Assembly (NCBI GenBank): GCA_024231905.1
Contig: JAAEQC010000202.1
Span: forward strand, 5,422-69,421
Length of the DNA: 64,000 nt
Origin: a bacterium
Lineage (GTDB): Bacteria; Krumholzibacteriota; Krumholzibacteriia; LZORAL124-64-63
Direction: 5' to 3'
Position 1 is the first letter of the stretch, and each line of letters opens with the position of its first letter. Of this stretch, positions 37,878-47,549 are shown piece by piece. Below the pieces are notes generated by a model that was not told the origin of the DNA, did no database searches, and worked only from the letters and a program-made list of their open reading frames with translations. The position numbers and the translations under genes were made by a program.

Positions 37878-39563
37878 ATGTGGAGGATTCCCGTGCGCCG
37901 CTCCCTGCCGAATCGCTGGCTGTGCCACCTGCCGCTGGCTCTGGCTTTGCTTCTACTCGGCCTATACGCCCTCGATATAGGCATCGACAGTGGTAGCGGA
38001 CAGCGGCGGTTCCAGGTTCTGTTCCTCGTCAGCCTCGGGCCGATTGCCTCGATCCTGCTGGTTGTCCAGAGCGTGGTCTGGCTCCGCTTGGCCGCCGGGC
38101 GATTCGGCTGGCTGCGCACCTTGCTGGTGGTGGCCCTTCTCCTGGCCATAGTGCCTGGTTGGCGATGGTTCTCCAACCTCCTGGCCGCGCGCGGCACGTT
38201 TCGCGAGACCCTCGTGGCCGCCAACGATCTGTACCGGCCCCAGATCGGTGACCGCATGTTCATTGCGTCGGCCGACGCACGCTGGCTCGTCTTCGCCCGC
38301 AACAGTCGGACCTTCCCCTCGAGCGTGGCCCCCCAGCCGGAAATCGTGGTCCGTGACCTGGCGGAGCGACGGGAACAGGTGGTCCAGACGAACGACGTGA
38401 AGAAGAGTCGGACGCTTACCGTGGCAGAGGAAATCGCCATGGACATGGACCGCGTCCGCTGGGGCAACGACGAGGCGGCGTTCGAGCGGGGCCGGGGGAG
38501 CCTGCTCGGGATCGACCTCGCCGCCGCCCGAGCCCGCGTAAGGACGGCGCGTCCGGAGGACACGATCATCCCGCCGCGGCATGCTGCCTCAGACCACCTG
38601 AAGGAGTTCCCGACCGGCCTGCGCCGCCAGAGGGCCACGACCTGGAACGGCGAGGCCTTCGGACGCTTCGCTTTCGCGACACGTACTTTCGGCCCCGACC
38701 GGCGCCGCCTCGCGGTCCTCGAACGCAGCGCGGGCGACGGCGACTGGGAGACCTTGGCGACCCACCGCGGCCTGTTGGAGGATTGGTTCCTGGGCAAGCC
38801 CGTGATCTCGCCCGACGAGCGCCTCGTCGCCTACGTGGCCATCCGCAAGAACAGGGTGGCGAGCACCTTGATGGCCATGATGCCGCTCCTGGGCATGGCG
38901 CGGGCGCCGAGCACCGACCTGCTCTTCGTCCACGATGTTCTGACCGGACGCCGCTATCGCTTCGGCGAAGTCCACGACCCGTCGTCCCTGCAGTGGAGCC
39001 CCGAAGGCCGCCACCTCTACTTCGCCCAGTTGGATCCACGGCACGAGCGGACCATCGAGGTCATCCGCTTCGACCTCCCGCTCTCGCCGCCCGACCCGGC
39101 CCGAAAACCGTGGACGCCCCCGCAAGAACGGCGATCACGCTCGGTTTTCGTTTCCGATCCTCATGCCGGTTGGGCCAGGGACGGCCTGCCAGGCGTGGAT
39201 TTCCGCTACCCGGCCGAACGAATCACCGTAAACGCCGTCGAGGACGGAACGCGATTGCTGTCCATCCCGGCCACGGACGCGGGCGCGTCCGACGAAACCC
39301 TCGTGAAGCTCGAAGTCGTCCCGGGCAACTGCCTGGATCTGGCACCGCGGGGCTGGCGCCGCGCCCGCATGCCGGGCCTCTCCATGGGTTGCGTCCTGAA
39401 TCGATCACCACGCGGAAGCGTCGTGGAGGCCGGCGTCCGGATGGACCGCTGGTGGGTACCTCTGGGCGAGGACAGGACTCTGATCGTGACCCGGCCGGCC
39501 CTGCGGACCCAGGCGGCCAATCTCCTCTTCGCCCAGGTCGTGGACTCCATCGCGATTCCATAG
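37878..39563 (+). CDS. Hypothetical membrane protein with N-terminal TM helices and PD40/TolB-like repeats
   Basis: Hydrophobic N-terminus. Later repeats VISPDERLVAYVA and LQWSPEGRHLYFAQ. An alternative GTG start at 37893 has a better RBS (GGAGGA). Confidence 0.5.
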   Translation: MWRIPVRRSLPNRWLCHLPLALALLLLGLYALDIGIDSGSGQRRFQVLFLVSLGPIASILLVVQSVVWLRLAAGRFGWLRTLLVVALLLAIVPGWRWFSNLLAARGTFRETLVAANDLYRPQIGDRMFIASADARWLVFARNSRTFPSSVAPQPEIVVRDLAERREQVVQTNDVKKSRTLTVAEEIAMDMDRVRWGNDEAAFERGRGSLLGIDLAAARARVRTARPEDTIIPPRHAASDHLKEFPTGLRRQRATTWNGEAFGRFAFATRTFGPDRRRLAVLERSAGDGDWETLATHRGLLEDWFLGKPVISPDERLVAYVAIRKNRVASTLMAMMPLLGMARAPSTDLLFVHDVLTGRRYRFGEVHDPSSLQWSPEGRHLYFAQLDPRHERTIEVIRFDLPLSPPDPARKPWTPPQERRSRSVFVSDPHAGWARDGLPGVDFRYPAERITVNAVEDGTRLLSIPATDAGASDETLVKLEVVPGNCLDLAPRGWRRARMPGLSMGCVLNRSPRGSVVEAGVRMDRWWVPLGEDRTLIVTRPALRTQAANLLFAQVVDSIAIP

Positions 39564-39664
39564 ACGGGCGCCCCGCCACATAGGTCTTGGCCGGCCGGCA
39601 GCGGGTCGCCTTCGAAACCCTGTGGCTGCCGATCCTCTCCCCCGCCATCGAACTCCAGGCGGGA

Positions 39665-41368
39665 CTAGTCGAGCTGGCGGGCCGGCGTGGTCGTCTCCAC
39701 GAAGATCATGAGATCGAAGAGCCGGCTGATCCGCTGCGGATGGAACTGTTTGTCCATGGCCATGGCTCCGATGCTCCGGAAAGGGCGTCCCTCCAGAATC
39801 CAGCCCGAAGATCCGGAATCCTTGACCGCCGCGCGTAGATCCAGGGCGAAGATGGAAGGCTTGGCAGAGGCGAACACCGCCTCGAAGCTGGCCGGTGGCG
39901 GCGGGCTCAGGCGGTGGATCTTGTCGCTCGAGCTGCGACTCATGGCGTAGTACTCCCCGGTGGCGGTGGCGAAACCCACGGGCAGGTAGGCGGGGCCGAA
40001 CTTCTCGTCCAGATGCTTGCCCATGGCCCCGTTCTGGCGCGAGACATGGAAGTTGTGGGCCCAGAGTACGATGCGGGCGTCCGGGTGTTGTTCCGTGAGC
40101 CAGACCACATTCTCGGCCATGGCCAGGTCGCGGTAACCGGGAATTTTCCTGGCCCGCATACGCATGCATTGGGTGACGAGGCGGGCGTTGAAGAGGGCCC
40201 GTTCGATCTCCTGCTCCGTGCGCTCGGCGAGCCACTCGGTCCGCCGCCCCTCCAACTCGGTCTGGATCGCCTCGGCCTCGATCTGGGCCTCCTGGGCCGC
40301 GGGTGTACCGACCGCTTTGGGCCGGCTGGCCAAGCACAGACTCGCCGCGCCCCCGGCTGCCACTTGGTCGTCGAGTGAGGCGGTGTAGGCGTCGTCGTTG
40401 GAGTAGTGGCCGGCCACGAGACGTTCATTCTCGAAGTCCAGGTCGAAGACCTTGGGATCGAACTCCTCGCCGTCCAACTCGATGGAGCCGTCGTCGAACC
40501 AGGCTTTGCCCTGTCCCGGCAGCAGGAAGCCGAAGTTGATGTTCTCGGCTTCCTCCGCCACGGGCAGTTCGACCACGTATTCGGTCCAGTCGGTGGTGCC
40601 CCGGGGACCGCTGTCCCTCATGTTGTCGAAGGCCAGCGTCTTGCGGTTCGGGCCGTCGACGCGCCACCACATGCCCGCATAGCCGTCGGTGACGTCCTCG
40701 GTCTTGATCCGGCACTTGAAGCGCACCGTGTGACCCCGGGCCTCCTCCAGGGGAAACGTGTACGTGACCACACCGAATGCGCTGCCGCCCGTGGCCTTGA
40801 CGATCGACGCGTACCGCTCACGGATCTCCTGGCCACGACCTGGATCGAGTGTGAGCACGAAGTCCGCCACCTGCTCGGCCGCCACGTCCGGCGTCTGCAT
40901 GTCGAAGCCCGTGAAATGGATCTTGTGGTCGTGGGTGGCGTTGTAGGCCCTCATCCACTCGACCATGGCCAGGACCTCCTCCGTGTCCCAGGTCCAGAAG
41001 TACATGCCGGCGATGAGTTCGCGGGGGTCGCCGTCGCCGCCGAGGACGTAGGCGTCCAGGCGGTGGGCCTCGGGCGTGCTGGCCTCGATGGCGAAGATGG
41101 AGAAGCCGTGTTCCTCCACCAGGTACTCCACCAGCCGGTGCTTCATCTGGAAATGCTCGCGGGTGCCGTGGGTCGATTCACCCAGACCGACGATCTGCGC
41201 GCAGGCGATCATGTCCACCAACGGGGCCATGTCTTCGAAGCCGTGGCCGGCCTCGCAGGTCTCCAGGGGCACCGCGTTCCGGTCGAGCCAGGCGACGCGT
41301 TCGTCGGGGACGGCCGCGAGGGTGGGAAGGGCGAACGTCGCAAACAGAAGGAGAATGATCGGGCGCAT
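39665..41368 (-). CDS. Erythromycin-esterase-family (EreA/EreB-like, PF05139) secreted protein
   Basis: Signal peptide MRPIILLLFATFALPTLAA. Motifs GLGESTHGTREHF and VLWAHNFHV are conserved in the Ere family. Confidence 0.65.
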   Translation of the reverse strand: MRPIILLLFATFALPTLAAVPDERVAWLDRNAVPLETCEAGHGFEDMAPLVDMIACAQIVGLGESTHGTREHFQMKHRLVEYLVEEHGFSIFAIEASTPEAHRLDAYVLGGDGDPRELIAGMYFWTWDTEEVLAMVEWMRAYNATHDHKIHFTGFDMQTPDVAAEQVADFVLTLDPGRGQEIRERYASIVKATGGSAFGVVTYTFPLEEARGHTVRFKCRIKTEDVTDGYAGMWWRVDGPNRKTLAFDNMRDSGPRGTTDWTEYVVELPVAEEAENINFGFLLPGQGKAWFDDGSIELDGEEFDPKVFDLDFENERLVAGHYSNDDAYTASLDDQVAAGGAASLCLASRPKAVGTPAAQEAQIEAEAIQTELEGRRTEWLAERTEQEIERALFNARLVTQCMRMRARKIPGYRDLAMAENVVWLTEQHPDARIVLWAHNFHVSRQNGAMGKHLDEKFGPAYLPVGFATATGEYYAMSRSSSDKIHRLSPPPPASFEAVFASAKPSIFALDLRAAVKDSGSSGWILEGRPFRSIGAMAMDKQFHPQRISRLFDLMIFVETTTPARQLD

Positions 41369-41469
41369 GGTGGCCTCCGGAGTGGGGATGGGATCCACGA
41401 TGGTCGGGACCATAGCATGGGGACGGGATTGCGATAAATGCTTCTCGAAACGCCGGCGCTCCCGGCTGC

Positions 41470-41673
41470 TCAGCCCCCGCGCTTGAAGTTTCCCGTGGCC
41501 TTGGCCATGAGCAACTGGGCGCGACGTGGATCGACGCCCTCGATCCGCGCCCGGAAACGCTCGGCCTTCTTGCCCGTCAGGGTCACCACCTGGCGTCCCT
41601 CGAAGGACAACAGCACACGCCCATCCTTGGTGGCGGTCCAGGCGAAACGTTCGTCGTCGAGTGGGTCGGTCAT
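41470..41673 (-). CDS. Small hypothetical protein (67 aa)
   Basis: MTDPLDDERFAWTATKDGRVLLSFEGRQVV... Stop of the upstream TMEM175-like gene overlaps its start; coding status uncertain. Confidence 0.35.
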   Translation of the reverse strand: MTDPLDDERFAWTATKDGRVLLSFEGRQVVTLTGKKAERFRARIEGVDPRRAQLLMAKATGNFKRGG

Positions 41674-42410
41674 GGATCCTCCGGCGCCTGCAGTCGCGCC
41701 ACGGCCCGCTTGAACCGCGTGGCCGCGAGGGGCATGGTGAGCGGCAGCGTCATGTACACGAAACCGGCCCAGCGACCCATAGCCGGCGGCATGGCCATGG
41801 CCCATAGGGCAGAGACGAGACCCGTGGCGCCGAGGATGATGTTGAGGACGATGCCTTGCCGCGTCCGCAGGCGCTCCACCGCATCCAACCGCAAATCGCC
41901 GGCGACCCGCAGCACCCTCAGGTGAAGCAGGGCGAGCATACCGGTCTGGGCGGCGAACCCCAGCCCGTAGATCTGGAAGATGCCGAGCATGTCCCGCGGG
42001 TTGTCGAGGGTGAACTCGGCCGGCAGGAAGCCGCCGCTGGTCCAGTGGGCGAAAGCCGTGAACACCATCTTCAGCGGATACACGTAGACGAGCATGATGA
42101 ACACCATGGTCAGGCTGATCACCGAGGTGACGCCGTCCTCGAGGCCGTAGCGTCGGCTCCAGGTGCGGTGGGACCACCAGAAAGCGGCGATGGCGGCGAA
42201 GCTGGCCGCGAAGGCCGGCACGCCCTTCAGGGCCAGGACCAGTTCGGCGTAGCTGCGGGGGATGCCTTCACCGATGACGAGCAGGGTGACGGCGAAGGCG
42301 AAGGCCGCGTCGCAAAAGGTCTCCAGGCGGGTCATATCGACACCGCGTTGGCGGACGCCGTTGCGCACGGGCAGGTCGCCCAGCCGTTCGTCGGTCCATT
42401 TCAGGCTCAT
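41670..42410 (-). CDS. TMEM175/DUF1211-family putative potassium channel
   Basis: FCDAAFAFAVTLLV matches the DUF1211 signature helix (FSDGVFAIAITLLV-like), with a second repeat. ATG at 42408-42410. Confidence 0.65.
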   Translation of the reverse strand: MSLKWTDERLGDLPVRNGVRQRGVDMTRLETFCDAAFAFAVTLLVIGEGIPRSYAELVLALKGVPAFAASFAAIAAFWWSHRTWSRRYGLEDGVTSVISLTMVFIMLVYVYPLKMVFTAFAHWTSGGFLPAEFTLDNPRDMLGIFQIYGLGFAAQTGMLALLHLRVLRVAGDLRLDAVERLRTRQGIVLNIILGATGLVSALWAMAMPPAMGRWAGFVYMTLPLTMPLAATRFKRAVARLQAPEDP

Positions 42411-42582
42411 GCGATCATTCCCCTCATTCGGACGTGGCGGCGGAAGTTCATGTGCTTCACCGGGATCTCCCCTTGCTGCGGCCGCCCACCTCAACCGATC
42501 CGCGGAGTGGCCAGGACCACCGAGATACATTAAGATAAAATGCATCTTGTTTCATTGAGAATCATGGGATTGGAGGACCATC

Positions 42583-43095
42583 ATGAAACTCACCACGATC
42601 GGCAGGACCGCGCTCCTGCTGACGACCGCCTGCGTTATCGCGGGCTGCGGCGGCGACGACGGACCGACCAAGCCGGGCGGCGGCGGCGGCGGTGGCGGTA
42701 CCCAGACCGGCGACATGACCGCCACCGTGGACGGCGTCGCCTGGACCGCGGTCAGCGCTTCGGCCGTTGGTGCCGGCACATCCGTCATCGCCATCGGCGC
42801 CTCGGACCTCAACGGAGAGACGGCGATCGGATTCGCCTTCGCCAACAGCGGCACCGGTACCTACGCCATCGGCCCCGGCCAGGTCACCAACGCCAACGTC
42901 GGCGACCTGGGCGGCGCCACCTGGATGGCCAACGGCGCCCAGGGCGGCGGTTCGATCACCGTGACGAGCCTCACGGCCGAGCGGATCGCCGGCACCTTCC
43001 AGTTCACGGCGCCCCTGCAGACGGGGGCCGGAACGCCGGCCACGCGGGTCGTCACCAACGGCGTGTTCGACGTGGCGTTCCTCAGCGCCCCCTAG
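42583..43095 (+). CDS. Gly-rich hypothetical lipoprotein
   Basis: Lipobox LTTACVIAGCGG, poly-Gly linker, beta-rich body. RBS GGAGGA; preceded by an AT-rich promoter region. Confidence 0.55.
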   Translation: MKLTTIGRTALLLTTACVIAGCGGDDGPTKPGGGGGGGGTQTGDMTATVDGVAWTAVSASAVGAGTSVIAIGASDLNGETAIGFAFANSGTGTYAIGPGQVTNANVGDLGGATWMANGAQGGGSITVTSLTAERIAGTFQFTAPLQTGAGTPATRVVTNGVFDVAFLSAP

Positions 43096-43118
43096 ATAAC
43101 ATCGGGAACACAGAAGAC

Positions 43119-43149
43119 GACGCCGGCGAGCCCTCGGGCCGCCGGCGTC
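43119..43149. terminator. GC-rich hairpin (10-bp stem GACGCCGGCG/CGCCGGCGTC) between convergent genes; candidate bidirectional terminator
   Basis: Perfect 10-bp inverted repeat with 11-nt loop. Moderately T-rich flank on the minus strand. Confidence 0.4.
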
Positions 43150-43171
43150 GCCGTCTCCGTGATGATCGGGA

Positions 43172-43915
43172 TCAGAAGACCTTCAGATATCCCACCTGGA
43201 GCACGAGGTCCGGCGCGCCGTCGTCCAGGCCCAGGCCCAGGGAGCCGCGGATGTGGCCGCCCGAGCGCAGGAGATGGTCGACGCCGAAGGACATGAGGCC
43301 ATAGTCGCCCTCGGTGGCGAAATCCAGCTCGCCGATCCAGTGCAGATTCGGCTTGGCCGCCAGGATTAAGCCGCCGCCGAGGCCCAGGGAGCTATCCCGG
43401 TCCTCGCCCTGCTCGTCGAAGTTCAGGGACAGACGGCCCATGACCGACAGCTTCTCCGACGTGGGATGGCGCAGGGCGCCGAAAAGGGCGAAATCCGTAT
43501 TGCCCTGGCCGATGTCCTCGCTGCCCGCGGGCAGGGTGAGAGCGGCGCCGGCGGCCACCTGGGTGGGCGTGCCCGTGTCGAAGCTGTAGCGGCCCGAGAC
43601 CATGGGGTCCATGAGGCCGGACTGGCCGTCGCCCTCGTCGGGGCTGATGCTCATGAAGCGCAGGCTACCGCCGAGTTGGAAGCGGTCCGCCACCGGGAAG
43701 CTCGCCTGGGCGCCGAGAGCGATGGCGCTGGCCGCGTCGAAGTCGGCGAAACTGAAAACGCCCTCGCCGTAAGCCTCGGTGTCGAGGGTGGTGTCCTGGA
43801 AGAAGTGCTGGATGGCGTGGACGTGGCGACCGGTGGCCGGGGTCGTTTGCGCGGCGGCCAGCGTCGACCCGAGGAACAGGGCGCACAGGAACGTGGCGAA
43901 GATCAGACGGTTCAT
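43172..43915 (-). CDS. Putative outer-membrane beta-barrel protein
   Basis: Signal peptide MNRLIFATFLCALFLGSTLAAA; alternating amphipathic strands; C-terminal ...VGYLKVF ends in an aromatic residue. Confidence 0.55.
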   Translation of the reverse strand: MNRLIFATFLCALFLGSTLAAAQTTPATGRHVHAIQHFFQDTTLDTEAYGEGVFSFADFDAASAIALGAQASFPVADRFQLGGSLRFMSISPDEGDGQSGLMDPMVSGRYSFDTGTPTQVAAGAALTLPAGSEDIGQGNTDFALFGALRHPTSEKLSVMGRLSLNFDEQGEDRDSSLGLGGGLILAAKPNLHWIGELDFATEGDYGLMSFGVDHLLRSGGHIRGSLGLGLDDGAPDLVLQVGYLKVF

Positions 43916-44104
43916 GGGTGCCTCCTTGCCGTCGGTGTCGCACCCGGAGGGGGCACGAAGCCGGCGAACCGTGGTCGGAATGTGCTACCAGGGTCTCGAT
44001 TGGTGCCGGACACCGCCCATCCCCCTGGGCGAACGCGGGCCGGTCGGGGCATTCTAGCCCCGACCGGCAGGAGGGTCAATTCAAGTCCGGGTACCGCGCG
44101 AAGA

Positions 44105-45190
44105 CTAGCGGAGCAGGGTCATGGAGCGGTGGCTCACCTGTCCGCCGGCTTGGAGCCGCAGCAGGTAGACGCCCGATCCCACGGCCCGGCCCGCGGTGTC
44201 GGTGCCGCGCCAGGTGGTCTCGTGGTCGCCGGCCGTGGCCGTTCCCGAGTGGAGCTGCCGCACCAGGCGCCCGCGCAGATCGACCACAGCCAGGTCGGCG
44301 TCGCCGTCCGCAGCCAGGGACCAGCGGATGACCGTGGCCGGATTGAAGGGATTGGGCGTGACCGAGGCGATATCGGCGGCGAGGGCCGACGGCGCGTCGG
44401 TCCCGGAGACGTCCATGGCCACCATGGCCGCCGCCGCCGCGTACCAGGCCAGGGCCATGCGCTCACTTCCCGCCGCATTCAGGTGCCCGCCGTCGGAGGA
44501 GTAGTCCGGATTCAGCATCTGATAGGACTCGCCCCCGCTCTCGAAGAGCACCGGCGTACCATCCGGCTTGTGGCACTCGATATCGGCCACGTCCAGCAGG
44601 ATGAGTCCCTTGGCCGCACAGTGCTCGCGCACCACGTCGTTGAAGCGGTTGATACTCACGTTGAACGAGGAGTCGCCGAACCGCAGCGGCATGGTCGCGT
44701 ACACGAAGATCGTGCCGGGGAACTCGGTCTCCAGCTGAGTCATGGAATCCAGGTATGGTTGGGGATCGGCACGGTCGTCGTCATAGCAGAATTTGTTGAG
44801 GACGATGTCGACCGCCGGCCGGCTCCAACCCTCGGTGCGGAGCGAGGTCTCGAACTGGTCGATCTTCTCCTGCCAGCCCGGGTTGCCGCGGTAGGATTCG
44901 TACACCGTTCCCGGGGTCGTGGTCGCCGGCGCCGAAGACCCGGGCGCGACGGTCTCGTACGCGATCTGGTAGCGGTCCGGATCCGCGGCGTGAAGGTCGC
45001 GCAGCCCGATGACCATGTTCCAGCCGACGGAGGCATGGGCGAAGAACCAGCGCTGCTGGCCCACCTTTTCCATGACGTCGCCGGGCAGATGCTTCGTCTG
45101 GTCGACGAAGTTGTGATCGATGATGATGGCCGCGGCCGGTTGAACGAGGCAGACGGACAGCAGCAGGGTCCACAGGAGGGAACGGGTCAT
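44105..45190 (-). CDS. Secreted protein (possible SGNH/esterase-like N-domain) with T9SS-type C-terminal sorting domain
   Basis: Signal peptide; C-terminal ...TPNPFNPATVIRWSLAADGDADLAVVDLRGRLVRQL...GSGVYLLRL. Confidence 0.55.
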   Translation of the reverse strand: MTRSLLWTLLLSVCLVQPAAAIIIDHNFVDQTKHLPGDVMEKVGQQRWFFAHASVGWNMVIGLRDLHAADPDRYQIAYETVAPGSSAPATTTPGTVYESYRGNPGWQEKIDQFETSLRTEGWSRPAVDIVLNKFCYDDDRADPQPYLDSMTQLETEFPGTIFVYATMPLRFGDSSFNVSINRFNDVVREHCAAKGLILLDVADIECHKPDGTPVLFESGGESYQMLNPDYSSDGGHLNAAGSERMALAWYAAAAAMVAMDVSGTDAPSALAADIASVTPNPFNPATVIRWSLAADGDADLAVVDLRGRLVRQLHSGTATAGDHETTWRGTDTAGRAVGSGVYLLRLQAGGQVSHRSMTLLR

Positions 45191-45515
45191 GTCGGGGTCT
45201 CCAAGGGTCGGGGTTCTCTTCGGCGCCCGGAATGCCGTTGCAGGATAGTCAAAGATGTCGAGTATGGCGGCGGATTTCGTCTTAATATCTTATTTCAATC
45301 CGGAAGGAGCAAACATAAACAAGAGGTATACGATCAGAAGAAATCATATACGGCGCTAACCCCAAGGGCGACAACACATAAGTAATTCTTCACGCTCCCG
45401 GGATATCTCTTCGTCGTCACCGTCTTCCGTTCCCTTCTGCGAAATGATACATTCGTCCGGTTCGCCAGGCGCCGTCGAGCGCCATCGGTCCCACCTCCGA
45501 CCCGGCGAGGTCATC

Positions 45516-47549
45516 GTGCGATTCCTGTTCCCGATTCTGCTGGTCGTCCTGGCGCTGCCCGCGTTCGCCGCCGACTCCGATTTGCCCCCGGGCGACAAGC
45601 CCGCCCCCACACCCTTCAGCCGTCTCGCGGATGCAGGCACGGCCGACGACCACGACGACGCCGACCACGTCATCGTCCTGGAGCACGCCGTGAATCGCGT
45701 CAAGCCCAGCGGCGTGACCTACGTGGACGGTTACCGTCTGGTGAAACTCCTGACCCCCGCGGCCTGCCGCGACCTGTCGGTACTGAACTGGCACTACGAC
45801 CCCCAGAGCCAGGCCCTGGAGGTGCGCGAGGTGGCGATCCTGCGTGACGACGAGCGCATCCCCGTGAACGTGGCTGCCGTGCACGACCTGCCCGCCCCCC
45901 AGGCGGCCATCTACTGGCGCGACCGGGTCAAGACCCTCCAGTTGCCGCGCCTGGAAGTGGGCGACGGCATCGAAGTGAAGACCTTCAGCAAGGGCTTCAC
46001 CTACGCCCTGCTGGCCCAAGGTGGCGGGGCGGCCGGTGGCACGCATCCCATGGCCATGGAGCCGGGCGACGAGAAGTACATCCCGCCCATGCCCGGCGAG
46101 TACTTCGACATCGTGCTCTTCCAGACCGACGCGCCCGTGGTGGAGAAGCGCTACGACCTGGTCCTGCCCAAGGACAAGCGCCTGCACGCAGAAACCTACA
46201 ACGGCGCCCTCTACTCGAGCGTCACCTACGACGAGATCACGACGACCTACTCCTGGTGGTGCCTGGACATGCCCGCCCGGGTCCACGAACCGCGCCAACC
46301 GGCCGCCAGCGACATCATCCCCAAGGCCGTCATGGCCACCGCCGAGAGCTGGGAGGCCAAGAGCCGCTGGTTCTTCGATGTGAACAAGGACCAGTTCGAC
46401 GTCACCCCGGCCATCCAGGCCAAGGTGGACGAGATCATCGACACCCAGGGCCTGAAGAAGGCGGACGACGAGAAGAAGGCCAAGGCCCTGCTCCACTGGG
46501 TGGCCCAGAACATCCGCTACAGCGGCCAGACCATGGGCGAGGGCGAAGGCTTCACCCTCCATCCGGGCGACATGATCTTCGAGCAACGTTCGGGCGTGTG
46601 CAAGGACATCGCCGGCATGTTGGTCACCATGATGCGCGGCGCGGGACTCGACTCCTACGCAGCCATGACCATGGCCGGCAGCCGCATCGACGAGGTGCCC
46701 GCGGACCAGTTCAACCACTGCGTCACCGCCCTGAAGCTCGACGACGGCTCCTTCCGCATGTACGACCCCACCTGGGTGCCCTACAACAATGACATCTGGT
46801 CCAAGCTCGAGACCGAGCAGCACTACCTGGTGGGTACGCCCGAGGGCGAGCATCTGACCAGCATCGCCTTCAGTCCGCCCGCAGAGTCGCCCCTCACGGC
46901 CCGCCACGAGGCCCGCCTATCGGCCGACGGCACGCTGGAAGGCACGGTGCGGTTCGACGGGGGCGGGGCGTCGGACAGCCGGTTGCGTCGCATCGTCAAC
47001 GGCCAGCGGATGAAGGAATTGAACGCCCGCTGCGCCCGGATCCTGTCCAACGTGAGCCCCCGTGTGGAGGCCGTGGAGGCCACGCACCGGGCCACGGACG
47101 ACTTCAGCGGGAACATGTGGCTGGAGATCAGCTACCGCATCCCCCGTTTCGTCACCGAAATGGACGGAGCGCTGGAGTTCACCAGCCCCCTCATGGGCCT
47201 GATCCTGGCCGACGGCAGCCTCTTCGGCAGCGCCCGCACCGAGTGGGATGAAGAGCGCACGACCGATCTGCTCGTCTGGTACACCCAGCAGGTGGACGCC
47301 CAGGAAACCATCCGCCTGCCCAAGGGCTGGAAACTGAACGAACCGCCCGAGATGGATGCGGTGGACGAGACCTACGCCTCCTTCAGCGGCGCGGCGGAAC
47401 TGGACGGTCGCAAGCTGAAGGTCACCCAGCTGTCGGAGGTGAGGCGCCGCCAGATCCCACCCGACGGATACGAGGGATTCCGCAAGGCCATGACCGCCGC
47501 CAAGGACTGGGCCGACGAGACGATCCGTCTGACGAAGGAGGGTGAGTGA
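45516..47549 (+). CDS. DUF3857 plus transglutaminase-like domain protein
   Basis: Likely GTG start at 45516 with signal peptide RFLFPILLVVLALPAFA; the track ATG is at 45444. Transglutaminase core GVCKDIAGMLVTMMRGAGL...H...D. Stop overlaps the next start (ATGA). Confidence 0.65.
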   Translation: MRFLFPILLVVLALPAFAADSDLPPGDKPAPTPFSRLADAGTADDHDDADHVIVLEHAVNRVKPSGVTYVDGYRLVKLLTPAACRDLSVLNWHYDPQSQALEVREVAILRDDERIPVNVAAVHDLPAPQAAIYWRDRVKTLQLPRLEVGDGIEVKTFSKGFTYALLAQGGGAAGGTHPMAMEPGDEKYIPPMPGEYFDIVLFQTDAPVVEKRYDLVLPKDKRLHAETYNGALYSSVTYDEITTTYSWWCLDMPARVHEPRQPAASDIIPKAVMATAESWEAKSRWFFDVNKDQFDVTPAIQAKVDEIIDTQGLKKADDEKKAKALLHWVAQNIRYSGQTMGEGEGFTLHPGDMIFEQRSGVCKDIAGMLVTMMRGAGLDSYAAMTMAGSRIDEVPADQFNHCVTALKLDDGSFRMYDPTWVPYNNDIWSKLETEQHYLVGTPEGEHLTSIAFSPPAESPLTARHEARLSADGTLEGTVRFDGGGASDSRLRRIVNGQRMKELNARCARILSNVSPRVEAVEATHRATDDFSGNMWLEISYRIPRFVTEMDGALEFTSPLMGLILADGSLFGSARTEWDEERTTDLLVWYTQQVDAQETIRLPKGWKLNEPPEMDAVDETYASFSGAAELDGRKLKVTQLSEVRRRQIPPDGYEGFRKAMTAAKDWADETIRLTKEGE